Assembly (NCBI RefSeq): GCF_006345805.1
Contig: NC_043013.1
Coordinates: 5,952,001 to 6,016,000, forward strand
Direction of reading: 5' to 3'
Length of the DNA stretch: 64,000 bases
From: Octopus sinensis
Lineage: Eukaryota
The number at the start of each line of letters is the position of its first letter. Position 1 is the stretch's first letter. The position numbers were made by a program, and so were the translations under genes. Below are positions 1 through 12,824 of the stretch, piece after piece. Below the pieces are notes generated by a model. It ran no database searches, was not told the DNA's origin, and worked only from the letters and a program-made list of their open reading frames with translations.

Positions 1-60
1 TAACATTGCAGGGTGTTGTTCAAAAATCCCATTATTCAACCATGACTGCCACACTAGAAA

Positions 61-205
61 TGTATGTGTGTGTGTGTGTGAGTATGAGAGAGTATGTGTG
101 TATGTGTGTGTATGTGCAGACAAGTGTCTGTCTGTCTATATGTATGTGTGAGTGTGTATGCGCATGTCTACTTGTGTGAGTGTGTATGTGTGTGTGTACA
201 CATGT
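61..205. repeat. Compound (TG)n/(TATG)n microsatellite
   Basis: Interrupted tgtgtg/tatgtg runs seen directly. Confidence 0.9.
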
Positions 206-941
206 ATTTCAGACGAGCGTGATTGTGTACAGACGTAGAGTTATATGAGGTTGCAAGTATTGAAATTTAATCATCATGAAACAAACAAAAAAAAAATAGA
301 TAAATAAATAAAACAGAATAAAATAATTCCCATAGAAGTGGGATGGGATATGAGGGTTGGGGGTGGAGGATGAAATTAATTAATTAATAAAAATAAAATG
401 TCAACAGTCTAAGAATATATTTTGTACTATACTGTTGTTATCAACCCACACCAAAATATTAGTTCCTTCCATCCTTCTCCACCACAGTCTATGGTTTAAA
501 ACCTATCAGTGATGTGGGTGTGTACACATGTGTATTTTCACCACTGTGTCCTCCTGAGGACAATTAAAGCACACACTTCACTGACCACATATTTGCAATC
601 ACGTTATTTGATGAATTGAACCAGATGATGCTTCTCTTCCTTGTGTTTGTTGGATGGCTGATTTTTTTTTTTTGGTTTAAGTATTATTATTATCAGGTTG
701 GCTGTGTGATTAGGATGCTTGCTTTGCTAGATTCAATCCCAAAGTGTGGCACTGTGGACAAGGGACTTCTACTTTAACCCTGGCCTGTACCTTGTGGGTA
801 AATTTAGGAGATGGAAACAGTATGGTAGCCCATTGTGTGTGTTTCTTTTATGCCTGTATTTGTCAAACTCACCGCCACTTCACAACAAGGATTGGTTTGA
901 TTACATTCCTATAACTTAGTGGTTCAGAAAGAGAGAGCAAA

Positions 942-1269
942 GAGCCCCTTTGGTATGAATGACCATGGGATTGCATCTAGAAAGTTCCCCTCCAAGGCTC
1001 AAGTTCAGGCAACGTTGTTTGTGGAAGACCAGCAGTCGCCCATGCATATCAGCCTCCCCTCTTCATGCCACCGATGTTATCCAAGGGAAAGGCAAAGGCA
1101 GATACAGTTTGGCACTAATGATGTCACAACTTATTTCTACAGCTGAGTGAACTGGAGCAATGTGAAATAAAGTGTCTTGCTCAAAAACACAACATACAGC
1201 CTGCTTTGAGAATTGAACTCACAGTCTCACAATTATAAGCCCGACACTCTAACCACTGAACCATGTGCC
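942..1269 (-). mobile_element. tRNA-derived SINE (family B, CORE/Meta-like body)
   Basis: Reverse complement starts with a tRNA-like head (gcacatggttcagtggttagag ... gagttcaattc), then gtgtttttgagcaagacact...gctccagttcactcagctgtagaaat. Collinear with the copy at 47381-47672. Confidence 0.8.
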
Positions 1270-1317
1270 TTCTCAGCAAAAGAGACCAATAGAATACTCA
1301 CAAAACTTTTTAAAAAA

Positions 1318-1388
1318 AAGTAAATCTAGGGGTTGATTTGTTTGACTTAAACCTTCAAAGTCAAACAAATCAACCCCAAGATTTACTT
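1318..1388. repeat. Inverted repeat: 31-bp stem (1 mismatch), 9-nt loop, inside a family A SINE tail
   Basis: 1318-1348 (aagtaaatctaggggttgatttgtttgactt) pairs with 1358-1388 (aagtcaaacaaatcaaccccaagatttactt) at 30/31 positions. Confidence 0.95.
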
Positions 1389-3215
1389 GACTGCAGTTCA
1401 ATGACTTAAGTGATAAAATTTCTCTTCTTTCTTATGACCCACTTCAAGAGCTTTACTTAGATACACTACACTGCAGTCTTGATACATTTCACTTGTCTGT
1501 GATTTTGTTTCTGTGTGCACTGGATTTCAAGTTGGTTTGATCAGTGATACAGAACTGGATAAGCAAGTTCTGATGGAATGTTTCTTTCTCTTCATTACTT
1601 GATATCTTTGGCCTTAACATTAAAAAAAAGAAAAAAAGAAAAACACTGTCACATCTGGTTAAATCAGCAGCCCTCGCAACATCTTTGTGTGTACAGTTGT
1701 CAGCCTGAAGTCGAGAAATGCTGTGTATGTTGGCAACATTTTATTTCAGACAAATACCATTCAAGAGGAAATCCCCAGCTGGCCTGGGAACGGTGCCAAC
1801 TCATTCAATAAGCTATAGCTAACTTTGGTCACTGAACTATGACAACATTGCCGCAAATATTGTTCACCTTTTCCTCTTCCCCTTTCTCCTGCTACCTCCC
1901 ACTATCTTAATTAATTATCCTTTTAAAGACTATCATCTGTTCTTTATCCAAAGCATTAGGTAATTCCTTGCCTTCTAGTAATCTAACATACCTTGCAGTT
2001 ATTATAATTATTTCATTTTTTGTTATTCTTTAAGTGTTCAAAGTCCTGCTGAATGAAGCAAGGCCTAGCTGGATATTAGTAGACTAAGTTGGTGCAGTCA
2101 TGTTGCATGGTGAGAGGATTTAACTAAGCAAATTTCTTGGTGGTAGCTGTGGTCAAGTTTGCTTTGCAACCATGCAGTTCTGAGTTTGATTCCACTGTGT
2201 GGTACATCGGGTAAGTATATTTGACCATAGCCCTAATGCGATGAACACTGTTCTACTCTGGCTCATTTGCTTTTATACTTTATTCCTCTCTACTCCTCAT
2301 CTCCTAGCATAAAGTTTACCCCACCTCCCTTGAGGTTTGTAGTCTTGCAAGCTGCATGGCAATCTTACTAATGCTGGTGTCATGAAAAAACAAACAAACA
2401 AAAACTCATTCAGTACATGCTGGTTGGCAGCTGACATTAGAAGGGCATCGACCTGGAAAACCCATGCCAAACAGACACTGGAGCATGATGCAGTCCTTGG
2501 GTTCATTGGATGCTGTCAAGTTATCCAACTCATGCCAGCAGGGAACATGGACACTAAATGATGAAACTGGGGAAGGACCTGTCATATATTGGTGTAGATT
2601 ATAAACATTGACAAAACCACCCCTCACAAAAAGTCTTTTGAGATATTTGTCCCACATTATATTAGACATTCTCTTATGACACTTGTCATTGAAAATGCAA
2701 TGGGGATATGATTGTTTGACTGGAAATCTGTGTAACCAATGATGTTGTTCACAGACTGTGATATAAAGTAATTAAATAAGTGATATATTCATTTAAGGCA
2801 TGACTGTATTGTAAGAAGCCAGTTTCCCAACCATAGGGTCTTGAATTTAGTCCCAATCTGCAGTACCTTGGGCAAATGTGTGTGTGTGTGTGTGTGTGTG
2901 TATGCAGGTCAAAAAGAAAGAAAAATAAGCTGCAGTGGAAATGGTGTTGGTGATCAGAACATAGAGGTATGACAAAATTCTTTGAGAATTCATAATAGAA
3001 TATCATTAAGAAAGGAATGAAAAAGTAATGGTTTCCATGTGTTCTTAAATGGCTAAATGCATTTTGAAATCACTTCCACAAATTGTTATACATATGTCTA
3101 TGTCTGTGAATGCCTCTGTGTGTGTGTGTGTGTATGAAGCGAAATAATTTGGATGTGTTAGATAATACTACCTTACAAGGTAGTGGGTAGAGATTTTCTT
3201 CACTACTTCAGGGAG

Positions 3216-3660
3216 TGATGACCCTGCCTGACACGAGTCCTGGGCTCAGCTGGCTCCAGCTGACAGTACCTGGTATGGGCCCCTATCCAGGGTTACAGAA
3301 AAGAGACAACCTTCAAAGGAATCTGGAGTGGAGCCCCGTAGGCGGCTTAGTGTTCGACTCGACACTCTTTGGCAGCTCCGGCAACCAAGCTGGTGCCAAA
3401 CGCAATACTCTGCACTCCTTTGGGCTACCATCAGCAAGATTGAGAGAGGAATCCTGATGATTAGGCCACCCAGGATTTTCTTACATCTAGCCCAGGCCTG
3501 CGCAAAACTGGAGTAAAAACCAGACTGGATTATTTTATGCGCAACTCTATTGTCTCCCGAGACAAAAGGATGCCAACAACAAGAAAGAGAGAAGTCAATA
3601 CATTTGTAGAGTAAAGATTTATTTGAAATTGGAGAGTTGAACACTTCACAGTGACCAGTG
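3216..3660 (+). mobile_element. Possible 5' leader/endonuclease start of an RTE-type LINE (degraded)
   Basis: GC/CpG-richer island ending in attggagagttgaacacttcacagtgac, loosely like the IGxWNVxTL start of APE domains. Similarity is weak. Confidence 0.3.
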
Positions 3661-4899
3661 TATTCATCCCAGTATGGAAATCCTCAAAAACATGCACACT
3701 TTACACCTATCACTACAATTTATAAGTGTGTGTGTGTAAAAGCTATCGCCGAGTGGTTAGGGTGTTGTACAGACGATTACTAGATCATGGGTTCAATTCC
3801 CATGCTTCCTGGTAGTAGTGTATTGTGTTCTTCAGCAGAACACTTCATTTCATGTTGCTCTAGTGGGTGGGAGAGTACCAGAATTGTTGGCACACTGGCA
3901 GAAATGTTTTACAATATATCTTCTGGTTCTCAACATTCTCAGTTCAAATCCTGCTTGCCTGGAGAAAGCAATGGGAAACCACTCCAGTATTAATCCCAAA
4001 TCCAGTCATGGATGGCCACAGTTCCTATCGTCTATTTAATGCTGATGGGGGTAGTGTTGGAGAAGGTTAACAAGCACAGGACCTGCCAAAGGTCCATTAG
4101 ACTATACATACATATATATATATATATTCCTTTATTGCCCACAGAGGTCTAAACACAGGGGACAAACAAAGGGGACAAACAAAAGGATTAAGTCGATTAC
4201 ATTGACCACAGTGCATAACTGGTACTTATTTAACTGATGAAAGGCAAAGTTGGCCTCAGCAGAGTTTGAACTCAGAACATAACGGCAGACGAAATACTGC
4301 TGAGCATTTCGCCCTATCTATTTATCTGTATATATCTATATATATAGAGAGAGATAGATAGATAGATATATAGATAGATAGATAGATACACATACTCAAG
4401 TAAAATCTCAGCATGAGTGGGTGAATGAAACCTTTACATTTACGACTAATCTACTCCTCACTCACCATTTGCAAGTCGAGATCAAATCATGCATTCTTTC
4501 ACAATAAACATATAGGGTGGTGCGGGACAATGGGTTAATTTTTTCCAAAATTTCAAAAATAAAGTCATGATTCTGATAAGCACTTCCGATGAATTGGGAG
4601 GCAATTTTGAATGGTTGTTTCATACATACATTACAACTACTGTAAAAATCTGGAATTTCAATATTTGCTGGGGCATAACAAGTCACCCACAAATGGAGCG
4701 AAACAGCAGTATTTGAATGAAAAATATGACAAATAGTGAGTGAATGGTGAAAACAGTCAATAAAGAAACATATGAGAGACATCCAAAATTAAATAGACTT
4801 AATCTTCATTAAATTAAAAAAAACCCAAAAACGAAAAAAAAAATCTTTTTTTACACAACAGTCACTTTGAAGGTTAAATTAATCATGAAAAAGTCCTCT

Positions 4900-5737
4900 A
4901 TTTGGCACATGGAGTCCAGATTAAGATGGACACTTCTCACAGAAGAACTCTTTGGTTAAACCTCTTTTCCTTTTGGAATACAGTTAGGGCAAACAATCAT
5001 CACAAAGGTCACACAGCAACCAGACTTCATTCATCCTGCCTTTGTATCTGCTCTAGAATCTCTTGCAAATGGAGCACAGTATCCTCTTACTTCAAATCAT
5101 CTGCACTAACATGGTCACCATTATTGTTGTCACACTTTGCATTATCTACTTTCTGTCATTTTGGAGCAAGTGACCCTCCTTCCTTTCCACTCGTAGACTT
5201 TTGTTGCATCTTTGGTGCATTTTTTTGTTGCACATTCTTCTCTTTTCCTTTTGCAATCACCTTACTGCCTCTTCATTCTGTGTAAATATCAATAATTACA
5301 TGAAGCATTGCTGCTAGAACACTTCCAGATACTGGCATATATTTATATTAGGGTGTAGAAGACTTCTTTAATTCTTCTTTTCTTCTATTTATAGAATCCA
5401 GTGTGCTGTATCTTAAGTGACCTATTATGCCCAACCCCACAAACTGACAAGAGACCCATCATGCCGCACTTTCAAATTTCCTTGAATTTCAAAATTTCCA
5501 AGGATATTTCTTTTATCCAGCATAACATAGACAAAGAAGATACACTGAATATACTTCTAGCACAAAAAATCCAAATCTGTAGTACTACTTCTTGTAGCAC
5601 TGCAAAATTGGTTGGTCTAGAGACTGAAGTCTGTGATCCAGAATGTGGAAACAGAAGAAAGGGAGTCATCAGGAAGAATACAACCGGTTTCTTCCATTTA
5701 CTCCCTGGTAACATTTTGAAAGTTTCGAAAAACACAG
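4900..5737 (-). pseudogene. Degraded pogo/Tigger-type (DDE_1) transposase, C-terminal half
   Basis: Minus strand near 5575-5641 reads RLQSLDQPILQCYKK*YYR (cf. pogo LQPLDQGII.xFK.xYR). Near 5030-5110 it reads HVSADDLK*EDTVLHLQEILEQI (cf. Tigger acidic tail). Many stops and frameshifts. Confidence 0.65.
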
Positions 5738-6227
5738 GCTATGTGGTTGGAAAGTTTGCTTCTTGACCACATGGTTTTGGGGTCAGTCCCAGAGCATGGA
5801 ATCTCAGGCAAGTATTTTCTACCTGTAGTCCTAGTTCAACCAAAGTCTTGAGTGGATTTGATAAACTGAAAGTAAAAGAAGCATATAGTGTGTGTGAATG
5901 TGAATGTGTGCTAGTTGTAAATGTGTGTCTTCTTCATACCAGCTGTTCTTTGCTCCCAATCTTCCTTGAAAACATGTCTGGACTTGGGGAAATATTATCT
6001 TGGAAACAAGTGATGGTTGCTGACAGGAAAGGCATCCAGCTGGAGACAATCTGCCCCAACAAATTCTGTCTGACCCATGCAAGCATGGGAAAGTGGATAT
6101 TTAAACAATGATGATGAAGATGAGATGATATCCAGTGATGTGAAGCAACAATTCCACCACAATAAAACAAACAAGGAAAAGGAAATTTCAAATACTGTTT
6201 TTTAAACTTTAATATTATAATCATTTC

Positions 6228-6441
6228 AAAGAGCTGGCAGAATTGTCTGTGTTGGGCAAAATGCTAAATGATATTTCTTCCACTCTTTATATTCTGAGTT
6301 CAAATTCTGGTGAGGTCAACTTAGACTTTCAGTTATTCGGGGTCAATAGAATAAGTACCAGTGGAACACTGGGATTGATGTAATTGACTGCCCCCCCTCC
6401 CCCGGGAAATTTTAGGCCTTATGCTTAGAGTAGAATGAATA
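6228..6441 (+). mobile_element. tRNA-derived SINE (family C, (ATT)n tail)
   Basis: gagctggcagaattg head, ctgagttcaaattc B-box-like motif, and the body ggggtcaatagaataagtaccagt shared with the 37925-38720 copies. Confidence 0.75.
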
Positions 6442-6740
6442 TTATTACATCCGCCCTAGCGAAGGTGGAGGTATTGTTTTTAGTCATGTTTGTTTGTTTG
6501 TTTGCCCTGGATGGATTCAGATGAAACTTTCAGGGATGTTTGACCTCGTGACTAGCATGAACTGATTAGACTTTGGGATCAATCTGGTACTGGACAAGGA
6601 TTCTGGATTATTTTTTCTGTTTTTTTACTTAATTTTTGAGAGCAGTCAGGTTCATGTTTAGTATTCTTGTTTGTGAAAGCAGTCGAGTTTATTTCAGATT
6701 TTTTCATTTTAAAAACTAGCGCTCTGTGAGTGCTCTTGTT
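6442..6740 (+). mobile_element. Non-autonomous Helentron/HINE (DINE-1-like) element
   Basis: Starts ttattacatccgccctagcgaaggtggagg (5' hairpin tccgcc...ggtgga), has a (GTTT)n tract, and ends gcgctctgtgagtgc (3' hairpin) + tcttgtt, inserted in a T-rich site. This is the known HINE architecture. Confidence 0.65.
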
Positions 6741-7004
6741 ATTACTATTATCGTTTGAAGGCGGAATTTTTAGCACAACGGACAAAATTCTAAGTGGCAT
6801 TTATTTCAGCTCTTTACATTCTGAATATAAACACTACTGAAGTCAACTTTACTTTTCATCCTTTCAGGGTCAGTAACATTAAGTACCATAGACTTCCCCA
6901 ACTCCTCAAAATTGCTGGTATAGGTATATCCCTATTATTACTAAGTTCAAATAAAGTAACAATAATATTGCATAAACCAATGTTAATCCATTTACTTTTT
7001 ATCT

Positions 7005-7345
7005 TTTACTTATTTCAGTCATTAGACTGTGGCCATGCTAGGGCACTGTCTCGAAGAATTTTAGTCGAATAAATGAACCTCAGTACTTATTTTTTTAAAG
7101 TCTGGTACATATTCTATTGGTCTCTCTTCTTGAACTGCTAGGTTACAGGGATGTAAATACACACATACACATTTATCTATATGAGAGGTATCTTTCAGTT
7201 ACTGTCTACCAAATCTACTCATAAGGCTTTAGTCGGCCCAAGGTTATAGAAGACACTTGCCCAGGATGGCACACAGTGGGACTGACCCCAGAACCATGTG
7301 GTTGGGATGCAAACTACTTAGTACACGGCCACGCTTGCACCTATA
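7005..7345 (-). mobile_element. SINE family A (about 340-400 bp, internal CA/TA microsatellite)
   Basis: Reverse complement is collinear with the copy at 40141-40478. Confidence 0.85.
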
Positions 7346-7689
7346 TATGAACTAATGATGAAGCGATACCAGAACTAAACCTGGTCATCTTCTGAATTAG
7401 ATAACTTCATTAGCAGCATAGTAATTAAGAAGTATATACAACATAGGTCATTAAATCTGAAGTGGTGGAAAGAAAAAGGATTTGTATAGTTTTTTTTTAC
7501 AAAATAGGCAGACTTCAAATTTTCTCAATTTGAGATTTAAAAAAAAATATATATTAAAAAAGATAAAAATAAATAATTACAAAAAAAGAAGCAGCAAATT
7601 TGCTACCTGGGTAAATAAAATTTACCACTGGGTGGTTAGGGAAAAGGTGCTAGATTTATCCCAGTTTAGGAACCCTTGCATAAGGTGAT

Positions 7690-7926
7690 TTTTGAGAGAG
7701 AGAGGGGGGGGGGGAGACAAAGAGTTAGAAGAAAGAGAGGAGAGAGAGAAAAGAGAGGGAGGGAGAAGAGAGAGTGAGGTAGGAGAGAGAGAGGACTGAA
7801 GAGGGCATGAGAGGAAAGGGAAGGCAAAAAGGAAGGAGGGAGAGAGGGAGAAAGAAGAGAGAGGACTGAAGAGGAAGGGAGAGGAAAGAGAGGGCAAAAG
7901 GGAGGAGGGAAGGGGGGAGAGAGAAG

Positions 7927-7966
<40 letters not shown>

Positions 7967-7972
7967 GAGACT
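7690..7972. repeat. About 280-bp polypurine (GA/GGA-rich) tract with an internal ~70-bp tandem duplication
   Basis: Almost only A/G on the + strand. gagaggactgaagagg occurs twice (about 7790 and 7859). Confidence 0.9.
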
Positions 7973-10900
7973 AGGGTTATTACTGCACTGCTTTAGTAGC
8001 CACGGAACAATTGTGTCTCTCAAGTCCAGATAACCCATCGAGCAAATACCTCTGAATACCCGACTGATTAGATATGCAAATAGTGTAATATTTGAGGAAG
8101 TCGAGTGGATGAAACAATTATTTTCTTCATTATCTTGGAAAATAAAGACATCATACTTAATTTCCCTCCCCCACCTCCCCCAATCAATAAAGCTAGAGAT
8201 GAATATCGCATCTCTACTTCACGGTTGACATTAGTAGTGGCATTACTACAGTACAAAGAGCTTATGCTTGTTCTGCTAGAAATAACAGCCTATCTCCTTC
8301 AAAAACCACACCCAGCTGTCTCAAGAAATTTAAAAAAGGTCACATTGGACAGTGTAGTCCTTCATACACTGTCTAAAAATAAAATGGAATTGTCATGGCT
8401 AGGAACATGTTTGCTCATAAGTCTTCTGAATCAGGACTAATTTAGGACTAAAATAAAACAAGCCCGGGGGGGGGGGGGGTTCACTCAGAAAGCAAGGGGT
8501 CCCTTATGAAATTGCTAGACTTGCTAAAAATTTCGGGTGAATTAATATATTTCTCATGCTAAAAATACTGCTGTCTCGGAAAAGGAAGGCCATTTTGAAT
8601 AATGCAGTCTTGGATATAATATGTCTGGAGGTGGAGGTGGGGTGGGGGGAGAGAACGAAGTATGAGTTGGTCAAGGATGGATTGCCTTTGATCCTACAAG
8701 GTCTGTTCAGTAAGGGGCGCACCCATGTATATACAGATGTCATAAGTACATTTGCATCTAAAACAACTATGCAAAAAATATATATATAAATTTCCAGAAC
8801 CATCTGATCTATACCGACAGAAGTAAAAATGCATAAGAAGAAGCAAAAATCTAACCAAAACAAAAATAAAAAGACAAAAGAAAATTAAATCAAATAAAGG
8901 CCTCTTTCCTTCTTCGGCGACAGAGTCTGCTAAGAGATGTATGAATGAAACAATCCATACTTTTTACAGAACAATCATCGATATACAACAAAAATAAAAA
9001 GCAAACCCTTGTAAAACAAAATAAAAATAACCAAATACACAAACAACATAAAAGAGAGTATTTCCTACCTCATGATTGAATATTTCATTAACGTTTATAC
9101 TTATTAATTTTTTTTTTCCTTTTCCTCTTTTCTTTTTTTTTTTTTTGCTTTGCTTCACATGTAATCTCTGCTGCTAGGATTTATAATGGAAGACAGAACT
9201 AAACGGTACGGAACTGTGATGTAGTTGTACTAATAATAGTAGTAGTAGTAGTAGAAGAAGACTGTATCTGGAATTGGTTATCTCCCTCCTTTTCTTCAGA
9301 TGTTGGTGTTGGGATTGCTCCAAGACGAAACTCACTAATACGGTGGAACAATAAAGACACACATCCAAGGCAATGCGATATGAGCAATTTTTGCTGACAT
9401 GTGGCGCTTTCGGCAACTGTCGGTCAACATTTGATGGCACAAATGTCTGGCTGTTAGAGGAGACCTCTCACCAATCAGGGACAACAACAACAATCACTAC
9501 TATTGCCAAGTATGAAATGGCAGTGTAACACATTTACATAAATATATAAATACATACATATACATGTGTATATAGGCATGGCTGTGTGGTTAAGAAGTTT
9601 GCTGTGCAACCAGGTGGTTTTAGGTTCAGTTCTGTTGTGCAGCACCAGTCTTCTTCTATTGGTCTAGGCTGACCAATGCCTTGTGAGTGAAAGAAACTGC
9701 ATAAAACCCTACTGTGTGTGCGTGTGAATGAATATCGATATTTTGCTTGTCACCAGTGATGCTAATATTGGCATCCCCTGTTGACAATATAACTGGTGTC
9801 TCTGAACATTGGAATATAAAAAGTACCTTGCAAGAGTAACAAGTGAGGGCTGGTGACAAGAAGAGCATCCAGTTAGACAAATCTTGATTCAAACTCAATT
9901 CTTGTCCAAGCCACTGACAAGTCCCTTAACCCTCTGGGGGTTGATGGGGTGCCACAGCCATGCAGAATATCTAAGGTGAGAAAGCCTAGTGACGCTCATC
10001 CCTCTCCAGGCTAAACTCATTTTTACAGCTGAGTGGATTGGAGCAACGTGAAATGAAGTGTTTTGCTCAAGAATACAACATACAACACATCACCTGGTCC
10101 AAGAATCGAAACCACAATCTTATGATCATGAGTCCAACACCCTAACCACTAAGTCATGTGCTTCCATGTCCAAGCCATGCCAGCACGGAAAAATGGACAT
10201 TAAATGAACAAATGAACATATAATGCTTCCTAAGTCTCAAGGACATTCTAAGAACTTGTATGAGCTCCAGTTTCAAAGCATGAAGTGAATACAAGATAAA
10301 TATCCCAATGGGTAGGAAGCTCATATCATCTGACCCAGTACTTGTACCTGACAGATGAACAACATACCTGTCAATCTTTGCACAGTCAGCTGACCAGCTA
10401 GAGATCTCCTTCAAATCATACCCTACTGCCTGAGAAGAACACTGGCTGATGTCTGGTGTATGTTATAACTGAGAGAACAAAAAGTTAAATGATCATTGCT
10501 TGGGAGCTTCAGATCATACGATTAACCGATTAATGTTCATTTGGTGATAATAACAATGTAACAGCTTACACATAGCATATAAGGAACAGGTTAGGATTCC
10601 TGCTCACCCTTGCCAACTTTGGTGTAAGCAGAGGCAAAATTGCTGACTAGATGTAATATCAGACCACCTAGTGATGAGTGCAAGGTCAAGCTGAGACATT
10701 TTGGGTGTGTATGAAGGTAAATCATTTAACTTCACACCATTAATATATCCAGCAAAATAATAGATTGTACAAATACTCCCCGCCATACACGAAACGTTTT
10801 ATACTGGGAAACTTGTTTATCTTTACTAGATACCTTTCAAGTCTACAAAGGAGCTTCTACTTGCTAGAAATAGCAACAATTTTCATATTAATGTCTTCAA

Positions 10901-12391
10901 AAAGAAAGACACATGTGGATAATGTAGTTTTGGATACAATGTGTCTGAAAGAATATATGGTTAGAATACTACTGACCACATATTCTATATTTTTGTATGC
11001 TGGCATCATGTAAAAAGCATTTGTGTTGGTGGCACATAAAAAGCACCCAGGACATTCTAAAAAGTGATTGGCATTAGGAAGGGTACCCAACCATAGAAAT
11101 AATGCTAAAATAGACAATTGGAGCTTGGGCAGCTCTTTGGCTGGCCATCTTCTGTCAAACTGTCCTACCCATGCCTGCAAGATCAGGGCTGACCTGGGCT
11201 AATATGCACGAAATGTTCCTTTAGCCTGCCATCAACAAATATTTTAGGACAGTTTATTTTCACTATTTATCATCTTTACACAACAAATCGGTGGTATGTT
11301 GCAACAAAGCAGGCTCTGTAATGTGGTTTCAATTCCTACTTGAAGCCAACTAACTTAACTCTCTTCTTATACTGTTCAAGTTAAGATAGTTGACAGAGAT
11401 CACTTTTCACACACACATGGAACATGGCAAAAATAAAACCAAAAACACAACCTTCAGCAATGTGATAGAGCCTCCTTCATTATTGTCCCTCAGTTACTAT
11501 ATAAAGAACGATCACATTACAGTATTTAAGCAAGAAATGCAATAGGGAATCAACAAAGTATATTTTCCCTACATTATTTAAACTTCCAAGGCTCAAGCTG
11601 GACGGCACCTCTCAATTGCAATATTTTCTTTACATTCTGTTTGAATCCTAATGTGTTGTCGTAAAAAAAATCTCTGATTCAATCTCATGAGGTAAAACTG
11701 CGGTTCAAGACAGGCTAAGAGATGTATTAGTAGAAGCCAGTGCCCATAGTTTTGTATAACCAAATATAAAGACCCAGTGTTCAGTAATACAACAGTGTTA
11801 GTGATGATTTCTCACTTTGGCACAAGGTTACAAATCTGTTTTGCTTAATTTTATTGATCCTGAAAGGACCAACATGGCCTTTCATACTGAAAGGATGAAG
11901 GGCAATATTGACTTTGGCAGAGGATATGAAATCAGAACAGAAGGAGCTGGAAGAGAAATGCCATTAAGCATTTTGTCCAATGCTGCTAGCTCACTGCCTT
12001 AATAATGTAATAGAATAATTCTAGTAAAGAATCACGATATATCCTAAACTAGAGAATCAGTAAACAGTTGTATTTCTCCATTTCGGCTGAGATTGTATGA
12101 CTATACCCGTAAAGATGTTACGACATGGCATCTTTTCGTGTATCATAACACTCTGTTTTAGCAATGATATCACATAATCTCATTAGCTCACCCCAGTGTC
12201 TTTCTTAGTTTAACAACCATAAGTAGCTAACTGCTTCCATCATCAGCTGGCAGTGTTCTTCCCTCTCCCCACCTGCCACCCTTCCATACAGCAGCCTGAT
12301 ATTTAGCAGAGAGATCATTTGAAGAAGCTGATTTTGAGATTGCACCTTTAACTCACCAACCAGGATTAGTGTGATTGTCTATATTACAACT

Positions 12392-12462
<71 letters not shown>
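12392..12462. repeat. (GA)n microsatellite
   Basis: Seen directly. Confidence 0.95.
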
Positions 12463-12602
12463 CATTAAAAGTACAGTAGAGAAGTATAAAGTAGAATGCA
12501 GCAGACCATCAATCATGAAGCCAGAGAAACTGAAGCCATTTGCAGCAGTAACAAGAAATTATTATTCAGTAAAATGTTCTATGAAGCACAATGAATGTGA
12601 AG

Positions 12603-12824
12603 TTAACCCTTTTGGTACCAACCACCTGATACAGTCCCGGGTTCTAAGATACAAATTCTCAGTTTTAAAGTGATCTAAATTTAAACCTTACAATAAAATT
12701 TCATGTTAATTTATATTTCAAATACTTAGTAATGATAAAGTTATTTCAGTAAATTCTTCATTATTTTTAAATGATTGAAACAAAACCAGTGTATTTCAAC
12801 AGGAGTAAGGTAACAAAGGGGTAA
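12603..12824 (+). mobile_element. piggyBac-type MITE
   Basis: ttaa-cccttttggtacc ... ggtaacaaaggg-gtaa. Body similar to 22631-22851. Confidence 0.7.

Noticed and set aside
4510-4570. Possible DNA transposon terminus (tagggtggtgcgggac...)
   Set aside because: No matching inverted end or TSD found in the window.
7622-8038. 138-aa Ser/Leu-rich ORF and similar ORFs (12371, 21621, 29719, 49789, 61177)
   Set aside because: They are translations of (GA)n, (TA)n and (CA)n tracts that lack stop codons.
12357-12389. 33-nt minus-strand micro-exon, or a TGA read-through/edited stop
   Set aside because: The acceptor tract is simply the (CT)n microsatellite. There is no partner exon, SECIS or homology to support it.
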